Shown here: in pieces, positions 46,781 to 55,130 of the stretch
Layout: each line of letters begins with the position of its first letter
How positions within the stretch are numbered: position 1 is the stretch's first letter
Origin: a virus
IMG/VR virus record: IMGVR_UViG_3300034418_004553
Direction: 5' to 3' (one strand)
Length of the DNA stretch: 62,650 bases
Position numbers and translations under genes: made by a program
Notes under the pieces: model-generated
The model's input: the letters and a program-made list of their open reading frames with translations, nothing else
What the model was told of the DNA's origin: nothing
The model's database searches: none

Positions 46781-47805
46781 GTTTATTATTAACCTTACTA
46801 TTTAGCTGCACAGTACTGCAAGCTCAAGAGTTAAAGAAAGCATTTAAGTTTTCTACATTCTACGCGGCTGTTAACGGAGGTAACTCCGTATCAGATCAAA
46901 CAGTATACTCAATACTTGACGGTTTGAACGAGGAAGTTATATCAACACCGTTTGACTACAGCTTATCTATTGGTGTACGTAAGATCGCTAGGTTTGGTTA
47001 TGAAAACAGAGCCAACGCTTTCTACGACGGAACAGAAACATCGTGGTCTGCTGATGCTAACATCGGTAAGCGCAACGGTATAGAGTTCCTTGGAGAGGTT
47101 ACATACGAAAGACAGCAAGGCCGAGAGTTCTTCAACCAACACCACTTTTTTCGCTACATTGGAGATAAGTTCATGGCAAAGGTTGAATACCTTGAAGACG
47201 GGTTTGCAGATGTTGGGTACTTTGAAGGATCACAAAGATATAGACTTAAGCTCGGTAAAAAGTTCTCTCTTCACGCAGGTATCGCACAACGTATCTCAGA
47301 GCCTTACGGATATGATCCACTTGAAGAGTGGAGACTTTCAAACGGAGATATTCACTACACTTACCTCGCACTTGAGGAAGGATATACACACGACCTTGTT
47401 ACAGGCGAGTACCTCGCTCCTGACGGAACAATCGTTGCAACAAGCACTGAAGTCTGGGAAGCAGTCACTATCCCTGAGATCTTATCTGAATACACTGCTA
47501 GAAAAAGAAATGAACTCACTGATCAATGGAATTACTCGTTGGTTGCCGGATACGACTTCTATCACTTTACAGACGACTTCTGGTTCCACTCATGGGGAAA
47601 CATTTTACCCTATCATTACGACACTGGAGGTGAATATATGTATCACAATACGGTAGATGGACAATGGTTAGATTACTCTGGTGGTTTGATTTTTGGTAAG
47701 AAGTTTAAGAAAAGCTTAGGAGTATTTCTCGAAGGTAGATATTACAAGTACTGGAACAGAGAGTGGTACAACTTTAAGTGTGGTGTAAACTATGTAATCT
47801 TTTAA
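46762..47805 (+). CDS. Outer-membrane beta-barrel-like protein with signal peptide
   Basis: N-terminus MLLPRLSLLLTLLFSCTVLQAQ. Aromatic/Gly-rich alternating composition. C-terminus ...CGVNYVIF ends in Phe (OMP beta-signal). Confidence 0.6.
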   Translation: MLLPRLSLLLTLLFSCTVLQAQELKKAFKFSTFYAAVNGGNSVSDQTVYSILDGLNEEVISTPFDYSLSIGVRKIARFGYENRANAFYDGTETSWSADANIGKRNGIEFLGEVTYERQQGREFFNQHHFFRYIGDKFMAKVEYLEDGFADVGYFEGSQRYRLKLGKKFSLHAGIAQRISEPYGYDPLEEWRLSNGDIHYTYLALEEGYTHDLVTGEYLAPDGTIVATSTEVWEAVTIPEILSEYTARKRNELTDQWNYSLVAGYDFYHFTDDFWFHSWGNILPYHYDTGGEYMYHNTVDGQWLDYSGGLIFGKKFKKSLGVFLEGRYYKYWNREWYNFKCGVNYVIF

Positions 47806-47808
47806 GAT

Positions 47809-48093
47809 ATGGCAAAACAAATAGGTGAGGATACTAAAGTAACATTAGACCTCAAAACAATCGGTATGGCATCAGCAGGTTTAGCTGCTTTAATTGGTAT
47901 GTACTTTACGCTACAAGCTGATATAGCTTTAGCAAAAGAATTACCTGAACCACTTCCACCAGACGTAACTCGCATGGAGTTTGACATGAAAGATAAGCTA
48001 GTACGTCAGACCATTATGACAACGCAGGAGGACGTATCAGAACTTAAAGAAGATCTTGATCGTATCGAAGAAAAAATTGACAAACTAAAATAG
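47809..48093 (+). CDS. Single-pass membrane protein with C-terminal coiled coil
   Basis: 94 aa. TM IGMASAGLAALIGMYFTL, then DVSELKEDLDRIEEKIDKLK. Confidence 0.5.
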   Translation: MAKQIGEDTKVTLDLKTIGMASAGLAALIGMYFTLQADIALAKELPEPLPPDVTRMEFDMKDKLVRQTIMTTQEDVSELKEDLDRIEEKIDKLK

Positions 48094-48095
48094 TT

Positions 48096-48464
48096 ATGGA
48101 AGAGACATTGAACTTCAAAACTGTGTTAACATACATACTGTTAATGCTGTTTATGCTTGTTGGCGGAACAGTGCTAAGTCAAAACATGTGTAACAGCGAT
48201 ATTTGTGTAGTACAGTTTAACGCTGGTTGGAACGAGGCTAATGGAGTAGATTATCTAGATGATCTAAAAGACTGCAGTGTTATGAACGTTAATATCGAAG
48301 ATGGCACTTACCAAGCTGACTATGATATTGTAGTTGTACCTACTATCATAGTATTTAACGGTAAAGAGATCGAAAGATTTCAAGGTAATATTATGATGAA
48401 GATAGAAGCTACGCGCAAAGAAGTACAAAGTGTAGTTGATGAAATTATATATAGTGATTTTTAA
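48096..48464 (+). CDS. Signal-anchored thioredoxin-fold protein lacking the CxxC site
   Basis: VVQFNAGWNEAN sits where Trx has F-x-A-x-WCGPC. The cis-Pro loop VVVPTIIVFNGKE is retained. N-terminal TM LTYILLMLFMLVGGTVL. Confidence 0.5.
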   Translation: MEETLNFKTVLTYILLMLFMLVGGTVLSQNMCNSDICVVQFNAGWNEANGVDYLDDLKDCSVMNVNIEDGTYQADYDIVVVPTIIVFNGKEIERFQGNIMMKIEATRKEVQSVVDEIIYSDF

Positions 48465-50678
48465 ATGAAGAAGTTAGGATACATTTTTGTAATACTGTTT
48501 TGGCTTTTAGCTAGTGCAGTACTGGGTCAGGGTAGCTGGCTAGACGTAGCTGTACAAGTTGATCAATACCCAAATGAAACTTCGTGGGTAATTATGCAAG
48601 ACGATAGCATTCTTGTAACAAGCCCGCAGTATCAGCCTAATCAATATCTAACTACACCAGTGTTTTTACCTGCAGGTGATTACACTTTTATCATTAGTGA
48701 TACTTTTGGTGACGGTATATGTTGTGAGTTCGGACAGGGTAACTACGAGTTAAAGAACTTCTGCGGACTATACGAAGCAAACTTTGAGTTCAACGCAGCC
48801 GCAGACACAATTGACTTTACTCTCGAGCCTTGCGACGTGCCGGTGTTTGGTTGCATGAACGAGTTGGCTAACAACTTCAACCCATGGGCTAATATAGATA
48901 ACGGCAGTTGTAACGTTGTATCGTGTAACGAAGATCAGGCTTTAGTGACTATGGAGCTAACTCTTGATACTTGGCCTAACGAAACTGGATTCACTCTAGT
49001 GAACTTATCAAACGGACAGCCTTACCATGAGGTGCTTGTTAACGAGTATAACTTCGGTGATCAAATGCTAACATACACATATGACTTCTGTGTAGAACTA
49101 GGCTTTGAGTTAATCTTATACGACTTATTTGGTGACGGACTAAACGGTTCTGCGTCAGGCGGTCAGGATGGGGCGTGCGTAATTACTTCATGTGACAGTA
49201 TTCTATGGGAGCTTGAGGACTTAGCTTTTGAAGAGTGGGATGGTATTGTTATGTACTCTGGTCCTATATTCACTGAGCCATGTGAGCCTGAACCAGATGT
49301 AGTTGGCTGTATGGATGACGACTACGTAGATTACAACCCACTTGCTACGATTCAAGACACTTGTATGACATTACACACTTGGGGTTGTATTGATCCTACA
49401 GCCTTGAACTACGATAGCTTAGCTACTATAGCAGACTACGCTAGCCCTTGTACTCTTGAGATTATACTTGAGGATGACGCTGGTGATGGATGGGGAGCAT
49501 CCACCATCGGTATGGTGCAAGGCGATCAGCAGTGGTTGTTTAGTATGGCACCTGGTGAGTTTGTTCATACGTGGGAGCTAACGCTAGACTCTGATGAAGA
49601 GGTTGATGTGTACTACTTTCAAGCTGGTACTCAGCAACAGTCGCCGCAAGAACTTGCTTTTCAGACGCTTCATAACTCTATATTAGTATTAAATGCTAAT
49701 GGAGACACACTACTAAACGAAGGAGATAATCCATTTATGAACAATGGTCAAAGCGCTTTACAGCCTTTCTCTACTCCAGAGTGGACTATATATAACTTTA
49801 CACCTTTCTGCGGCGATGGTTGTATACCTCATATCTATGGCTGCACTGATCCTTTAGCTTGCGACTATAACGAAGAAGCTAATACTAACACTGAGTGTAC
49901 ATATCCTGTAGAATACTACGACTGCATGAATCACTGTATCAACGACACGGATGGTGATGGCATTTGTGATGAACTAGAAATAGTAGGTTGTCAAGACCCA
50001 ACAGCTTTTAACTACGATGCTACAGCCACAGACCCTGGTGAGTGTATTGAAGTTGTGTTTGGCTGTACTGATCCTACAATGTTCAATTATAACCCTGAAG
50101 CCAACGTAGACAACGGTAGCTGTATTGAGATTATTTATGGTTGTATGGACCCACTAGCTCTAAACTACGACGAAGATGCTAACACCGACAACGGTAACTG
50201 CATCGACCCAGTAGCTGGTTGCATGGATGTAGACGCTTATAACTTTGAACCACTCGCTAATGTAGCAGATAACGAAAGCTGCTTATACGAAGCTGTTGGT
50301 TGCGTGAGTGGTGTTGGTGAACCTTACGGCGATGGCTTCTGGCTTAACGATGATTGTTATGCTTGGGTTATTGAAGCTGATCCATATTGCTGTGAAGAAG
50401 CTTGGGATGCTACTTGCCAAGCAACATATGACTACTGTAGTGTAACAGGTATAGAATCCGTGCTAGCTGGCGAAGACTTAATTGTCTACCCAAACCCAGT
50501 GGGCAACGTGTTAAACATAAATCAAAACGTTGACGTAGACGTGATCGATTCAAATGGGCGTATCATAGTATCTAAAACAAATACGAACGCGATAGACGCG
50601 TCCCTATGGCCTCCAGGAATGTATATGGTACGTATTATTTGGAACGGTCGCGTCGTCGTCAATAAAGTTGTTAAATGA
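48465..50678 (+). CDS. Secreted Cys-rich repeat protein with T9SS type-A C-terminal sorting domain
   Basis: Signal peptide MKKLGYIFVILFWLLASAVLGQ. Eight GC(M/T)D-x-x-A-x-NY-x-x-x-A-x-x-D-x-x-x-C modules. The C-terminus LIVYPNPVGNVLNI...VIDSNGRIIV...LWPPGMYMVRI...VVNKVVK matches the Por secretion tail pattern. Confidence 0.75.
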   Translation: MKKLGYIFVILFWLLASAVLGQGSWLDVAVQVDQYPNETSWVIMQDDSILVTSPQYQPNQYLTTPVFLPAGDYTFIISDTFGDGICCEFGQGNYELKNFCGLYEANFEFNAAADTIDFTLEPCDVPVFGCMNELANNFNPWANIDNGSCNVVSCNEDQALVTMELTLDTWPNETGFTLVNLSNGQPYHEVLVNEYNFGDQMLTYTYDFCVELGFELILYDLFGDGLNGSASGGQDGACVITSCDSILWELEDLAFEEWDGIVMYSGPIFTEPCEPEPDVVGCMDDDYVDYNPLATIQDTCMTLHTWGCIDPTALNYDSLATIADYASPCTLEIILEDDAGDGWGASTIGMVQGDQQWLFSMAPGEFVHTWELTLDSDEEVDVYYFQAGTQQQSPQELAFQTLHNSILVLNANGDTLLNEGDNPFMNNGQSALQPFSTPEWTIYNFTPFCGDGCIPHIYGCTDPLACDYNEEANTNTECTYPVEYYDCMNHCINDTDGDGICDELEIVGCQDPTAFNYDATATDPGECIEVVFGCTDPTMFNYNPEANVDNGSCIEIIYGCMDPLALNYDEDANTDNGNCIDPVAGCMDVDAYNFEPLANVADNESCLYEAVGCVSGVGEPYGDGFWLNDDCYAWVIEADPYCCEEAWDATCQATYDYCSVTGIESVLAGEDLIVYPNPVGNVLNINQNVDVDVIDSNGRIIVSKTNTNAIDASLWPPGMYMVRIIWNGRVVVNKVVK

Positions 50679-51727
50679 TTAAGTGGATAGGTCAACATAT
50701 ATGGGATTTTGTTTCAAGGTTTAGAAACAAGGTTATACTCGAAGATTTAACAGAATCAACTGAAGAGTACACCATAATGGTTACGACAAGTGGTGAGCTT
50801 GTTAAAAGCACTCACCCTATGGAAAGATCAAGACTTCAGATTAGAAACGATGAAGGCTCAACTATACCAGCTGGAGCTCCACTGTATTCCAAAGGTGAAA
50901 TTGGTGGTAGCGAAAGAATCAAGGTTGGTATAGCTGATGCTAATGATGCTAGCAAGATGCCGTGTATAGGTGTTGCTGAAGCTGAAATGAATACATCTTC
51001 TACTAAAGATAATTTTGCTATATCACAAGGTGTTTTTAATACCAACATATCTGGCTTTACAGGGTTATCTGATGGTGATATATTATATGTTGATGACTCT
51101 GGTTCAACTCCTTATTTAACTCAAAATAAATCTGACATAACTGGTAGTGCTAACAAAATACAAAACGTAGGTATTGTTCTTAAAACAAATGGTACTATAT
51201 GCCAAGGCCTTTTAGTATCAGCAATTGGTAGAACTAATGACGTACCGAATCTCGATAGTGGTAATATATTTTATGGAGACACCGGTAATCAAGCCACAAC
51301 AATATCGTTAAATAGCGTGCTTGGTTGGCATGGATCAACAACTAGAATAAAGATATTACCATCAGACTTTGTAGCTGACGACGTTGGTAGACCTGTTATG
51401 ATAAACGACAGTAGCATCGGAAGTAGTTCTGTGCACTTAAAAACATTTGGTTCTGCATCGGCTTTTGTTTGCGTGAACATACCAACTGGTTATAAAGCAA
51501 CTCATGCTATGATTCACGGTAGTGATACATCTCAAAACTACAAAGTATACGAAGCAAACATCAACTCAAGCACTGTAACATCTAAATCTAGTGCGACAAG
51601 CATTGGTACTGAAGCTGATATAACAGATGTCACAAGTAGTACAACGAACTATTTACTTATAGAAGTTCTATCAGACGGAGAAACTGACGAGTTTTATGGA
51701 GGCTACGTAACTATAACAAGTGTATAA
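50675..51727 (+). CDS. Hypothetical protein (possible fibre/spike)
   Basis: 350 aa, S/T/G-rich. ATGA overlap with the upstream gene. Confidence 0.45.
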   Translation: MIKWIGQHIWDFVSRFRNKVILEDLTESTEEYTIMVTTSGELVKSTHPMERSRLQIRNDEGSTIPAGAPLYSKGEIGGSERIKVGIADANDASKMPCIGVAEAEMNTSSTKDNFAISQGVFNTNISGFTGLSDGDILYVDDSGSTPYLTQNKSDITGSANKIQNVGIVLKTNGTICQGLLVSAIGRTNDVPNLDSGNIFYGDTGNQATTISLNSVLGWHGSTTRIKILPSDFVADDVGRPVMINDSSIGSSSVHLKTFGSASAFVCVNIPTGYKATHAMIHGSDTSQNYKVYEANINSSTVTSKSSATSIGTEADITDVTSSTTNYLLIEVLSDGETDEFYGGYVTITSV

Positions 51728-52176
51728 TGGCATTAGAAAATAAAAGATATTCAAGAATACACGCTAAGACTGGTTCTGACCTGACAAGGATGGAAACTAG
51801 GTTTAACAATAACGAGCATGCTGGTTTAGATGCATTCCCTGCGGAGTCAGCTTTAATGTATCAGATGCAAAAGATGCAAGAGGAATTAGACTATCTTAGA
51901 GGTGAAATCAGCTCCAATAAAGACAAGTCTACATTCCCAGGTTTTGGAACGTCAAGCAGCACGGCGTTAAGAGGGAATACTACAACGATATCTTCATCAC
52001 AAGCAAGCGCTATATTGTTTAATACAGCTAAGGTTAGTCAGAACTTAAGAACTGCCAACCATACTTTACAGTTTGATGTAATAAACAATAGAGGTAGTTA
52101 CACACTTAGAATTACTGTTGTTGATAGCAGCGGAAGATCGCCTGTAACTAAAACAGCAGATATATCGTTATCATAG
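51727..52176 (+). CDS. Hypothetical protein
   Basis: 149-aa ORF. Confidence 0.5.
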   Translation: MALENKRYSRIHAKTGSDLTRMETRFNNNEHAGLDAFPAESALMYQMQKMQEELDYLRGEISSNKDKSTFPGFGTSSSTALRGNTTTISSSQASAILFNTAKVSQNLRTANHTLQFDVINNRGSYTLRITVVDSSGRSPVTKTADISLS

Positions 52177-52203
52177 CATGTCAAAAACTCATACATTAGC
52201 ATA

Positions 52204-52509
52204 ATGCAATTATTTAACATAACAAGTCTTACAACTACAACTCTAGTAGCTCTGTACAAAGAACAGAATAGCATTGAGTCAATACACATGGCTAATACAC
52301 ACGCTAGCACTGATGTTAGAATACAATTGTTTTTAGAAGACGAGTCTGCTAATAAGTACTACTTACTTAGAACTGATATACCAGGTTTGACTACGTTAGT
52401 GTTTGATGACGGTATAACATTTGACAATAGTTCATTTAGCTTAAAGCTAACAACTCAAACGTCGGCTGACATAAGTGCGACAGATCCTTTAACAGTAATA
52501 GTAAAATAA
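52204..52509 (+). CDS. Hypothetical protein
   Basis: 101-aa ORF. Confidence 0.5.
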   Translation: MQLFNITSLTTTTLVALYKEQNSIESIHMANTHASTDVRIQLFLEDESANKYYLLRTDIPGLTTLVFDDGITFDNSSFSLKLTTQTSADISATDPLTVIVK

Positions 52510-52970
52510 TGGATAATATAAGTGATCATATAAGTTATAGAGAAGCCACTCGTTCAAACACTGCTTTACGTAGAGGTATCGATAATATACCTGACGTTGA
52601 AGAGCTTGAGAACATGAAGCTAATAGCTGAAAAAGTTTTTGAGCCGCTGCGTAAACATGTCGGTGGTCCTATTAAAATAAATAGTTTTTACAGATCACCT
52701 GAGCTAAACGTAGCTATCGGTGGTAGTAAAAACTCTCAACACTGTAAAGGTCAAGCTATCGACCTTGATGATACATATGGGCATAAAAGCAATGCTGCAA
52801 TGTTCCAATGGATGCGCTATCACCTAGATTATGATCAAATGATCTGGGAGTTTGGTGACGATAAAAACCCAGCGTGGATACACGTTAGTTACGTATCAGA
52901 AGAAGAGAACAGACACAGGTGTCTTAAAGCTGTTAAGAAGAACGGTAAGACACATTACGAATTAATGTAA
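52509..52970 (+). CDS. Peptidase M15 family endolysin (L-alanyl-D-glutamate / D-Ala-D-Ala peptidase type)
   Basis: SFYRSPELNVAIGGSKNSQHCKGQAIDLD plus downstream WIHVSY give the H-x6-D...H zinc ligands of Peptidase_M15_3-like lysins. Confidence 0.8.
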   Translation: MDNISDHISYREATRSNTALRRGIDNIPDVEELENMKLIAEKVFEPLRKHVGGPIKINSFYRSPELNVAIGGSKNSQHCKGQAIDLDDTYGHKSNAAMFQWMRYHLDYDQMIWEFGDDKNPAWIHVSYVSEEENRHRCLKAVKKNGKTHYELM

Positions 52971-53287
52971 TGCCATATAAGCAACTAAATAACCCTTTCA
53001 AAAAAGCTGAGCCTCGAAGAACAATAGGTAGAGGTAAAAACTTTAATCCTGTTGCTAAAGACAAAAGCGCTACCGGTGGAGCAGCAGGTGGCGGCATGAC
53101 AGAGAAAGGTGTTAAAGAATATAAAAGTAAAAACCCTGGTAGTAATTTACAGACAGCTGTAACTACTAAGCCTTCAAATCTAAAGCCAGGTAGTAAAGCT
53201 GCTAAACGTAGAAAATCGTTCTGCGCTAGATCAAAGAGTTGGACTTCTGAAAGAGGTAAAGCTGCTAGACGTAGATGGAACTGTTAA
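52970..53287 (+). CDS. Small basic protein (MPYKQLNNPFKK N-terminus)
   Basis: 105 aa, K/R/G-rich. Confidence 0.55.
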   Translation: MPYKQLNNPFKKAEPRRTIGRGKNFNPVAKDKSATGGAAGGGMTEKGVKEYKSKNPGSNLQTAVTTKPSNLKPGSKAAKRRKSFCARSKSWTSERGKAARRRWNC

Positions 53288-53291
53288 GATC

Positions 53292-53459
53292 ATGGCATTT
53301 AAAATGAAAGGAGCGCCTTATAAAAAAGGCATTAGTCCGGCTTGTAAAACAGCTGCTAAACGTAAGTTTAAAGTATGGCCTAGCGCTTATGCTTCAGGCT
53401 GGGGAGTACGCTGTACAAAAGCTGGTGGACCTGGTAAAATGGGTAAGAAGAAAAAGTAA
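53292..53459 (+). CDS. Small basic protein (MAFKMK N-terminus; 55 aa, below the track cutoff)
   Basis: Manual translation MAFKMKGAPYKKGISPACKTAAKRKFKVWPSAYASGWGVRCTKAGGPGKMGKKKK. TAATG junction with the next gene. Confidence 0.55.
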   Translation: MAFKMKGAPYKKGISPACKTAAKRKFKVWPSAYASGWGVRCTKAGGPGKMGKKKK

Positions 53460-54277
53460 TGGCTAATTTATTTAAGGACTTTGATGCAAAGCCGTTTATG
53501 AAACGTAAACCGCCTAGTGACAACTCGTTTGACACCGATCAGGAGCTCAAGCAGTTATCTAAAATTCCTATTAATAAAAAGTTTGTTGAAGAAAAAGACG
53601 ACATAGAAGCTACATTTAAAAAAGCTTCTGATGCTGCAGGTGTAGAATACCCTAGTGCGTTAGTTAAAAAGCTTATTAACGACTCGAGAGGTACTATATT
53701 AAAATTAAAAAAACATTTTAATAGACCTAGACCTAGTGAACTAGCTAAGAGAAGAAATATAAAGCTTGATAACGTTGAGGCTAAGTCTACGAAAACTCCG
53801 TCGTACCCGTCTGGTCACTCAACACAGGGCGTTTTAATTGGTGAAGTATTAGCTGATATGTACCCTAAAGCTGCAGCTAAGTTTAGAAAAGCTGGTAAAG
53901 ATATATCGTACAGTAGAAACGTAGCTAGAGCTCATTACAAGTCTGACTCTAAAATAGGTGAAGAGTTAGGCAAAGAAATGTTTAAGCATTACAAAGCCAA
54001 CATGTCTAGTAGCCCGTTAGCTAAGAAGCCTAAAGGTGCTCCTGACTGGCATGACTCTGACGCACCTGACGCTAAAGGTAAGTTCAGAGATTTATCTGCT
54101 AGCGGTTTAGCTAGCTGGTTAATTAAGAGTAGACGTGGTAACTTATCTAGAATTATCAGCAGCTTAAATCAGCAGATAGTATTTAACCGCAAGAAGAATC
54201 CTAAGTACGCCGCTAAGATGCGTAAGACTCAAGACATAGTTCGCAAGCGACTAGGTAAGAAGAAAGATGGCAAGTAA
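53459..54277 (+). CDS. PAP2-superfamily (type 2 phosphatidic-acid/acid phosphatase) domain protein with basic C-terminal tail
   Basis: Tripartite signature K-x6-RP (KKHFNRPRP), PSGH (PSYPSGHS), SR-x5-H-x3-D (SRNVARAHYKSD). I saw no obvious TM helices. Confidence 0.75.
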   Translation: MANLFKDFDAKPFMKRKPPSDNSFDTDQELKQLSKIPINKKFVEEKDDIEATFKKASDAAGVEYPSALVKKLINDSRGTILKLKKHFNRPRPSELAKRRNIKLDNVEAKSTKTPSYPSGHSTQGVLIGEVLADMYPKAAAKFRKAGKDISYSRNVARAHYKSDSKIGEELGKEMFKHYKANMSSSPLAKKPKGAPDWHDSDAPDAKGKFRDLSASGLASWLIKSRRGNLSRIISSLNQQIVFNRKKNPKYAAKMRKTQDIVRKRLGKKKDGK

Positions 54278-54521
54278 AGCATACAGAGGAGTACTTAAAG
54301 CTAGAATATCTAAGCTTTATGGTGGCGACGTTACGATAGAGAAAGCACGTAAGCTCAAAGCTAGAAAAGATGCTACAGCAAGAGACAAGCAACTTGCTAA
54401 TTGGTTTATTAATATGCAGACTAATAGACCAATGAAAAAACGCAAAGACCCGGTAGTTGGTACAGGTAAAAAACCTAAAGGATCTGGTTTTCAGTTATTT
54501 TTGTCATTTACTTCATTTTAA
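54267..54521 (+). CDS. Small basic protein
   Basis: 84-aa K/R-rich ORF, 11-nt overlap with the upstream gene. Confidence 0.5.
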   Translation: MASKAYRGVLKARISKLYGGDVTIEKARKLKARKDATARDKQLANWFINMQTNRPMKKRKDPVVGTGKKPKGSGFQLFLSFTSF

Positions 54522-54523
54522 TA

Positions 54524-54556
54524 TTTGCAAATGCAACATTTTTTTATCTATCTTTG
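54524..54556 (+). promoter_or_regulatory. Bacteroidota-type promoter candidate (-33 TTTG, -7 TATCTTTG)
   Basis: TTTG at 54524..54527, a 21-nt spacer, then TATCTTTG (= TAnnTTTG) at 54549..54556. Confidence 0.45.
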
Positions 54557-54561
54557 TACAA

Positions 54562-54668
54562 TCAAGTAGAAAGAAAAATATTTAAGATATCTCACCAACC
54601 AACTTTATGGTGTAAGTGTTGAAAGAGAAACGAAGCCGTTAGGATTGCCTAGCGGCTTCTGCTTTTAT
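54562..54668 (+). ncRNA. Candidate ~105-nt sRNA bounded by the promoter above and a strong terminator
   Basis: No ORF (only ATG-GTG-TAA). Ends in a 12-bp hairpin plus a U-run. Confidence 0.35.
54632..54668 (+). terminator. Rho-independent terminator
   Basis: 12-bp stem GAAGCCGTTAGG / CCTAGCGGCTTC (one G-U pair) with ATTG loop, followed by TGCTTTTAT. Confidence 0.7.
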
Positions 54669-54854
54669 ATACTTTTCATACTCTTTGATATGTTTTTGCA
54701 TTTGTTTATTTCCTTTTATTAAATAGGCTCGTCGTACTCACAACACCACGAAAGATACAGATTCTTACAGTTCTTGAGCAGAGAGCAGAGGTTATGGGAA
54801 AAATTGAGCAGGCTAGGCTGGCTAGATCAGCTAAGCGCGAATTAAAAAAGCAAC

Positions 54855-55130
54855 ATGGCATACAATCAAAAAAATAATCCGTTTAAAAAAGTAAAAGGTG
54901 GAGGCACAAAGAAAGTGTGTTTACCCGCTGCTAAGGTTCGCGGTATGAGCAAGAGTGAGCGTGACAAAGTTGTAAGAGCTAAACGCACTGCCGCTAAAAA
55001 AGGAGACTACAAACGGTCTAGCAAAAGCTTTGTTAAAGGAGCGAGGAAGAAAGGAGCTACGCTACGAGACTGGTTTGAAAAAGAAAACTGGGTACAAGTT
55101 AATAACCCAAGTAAAAAGTGTGGGGAATAA
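54855..55130 (+). CDS. Small basic protein (MAYNQKNNPFKK N-terminus)
   Basis: 91 aa, last gene of the plus arm. Confidence 0.55.
   Translation: MAYNQKNNPFKKVKGGGTKKVCLPAAKVRGMSKSERDKVVRAKRTAAKKGDYKRSSKSFVKGARKKGATLRDWFEKENWVQVNNPSKKCGE

Noticed and set aside
47090-47656. 188-aa alternative-frame plus-strand ORF within the OMP gene
   Set aside because: It lies entirely inside 46762..47805, which has a signal peptide and a C-terminal beta-signal. The overlapping frame is S/T/L-rich with no features.
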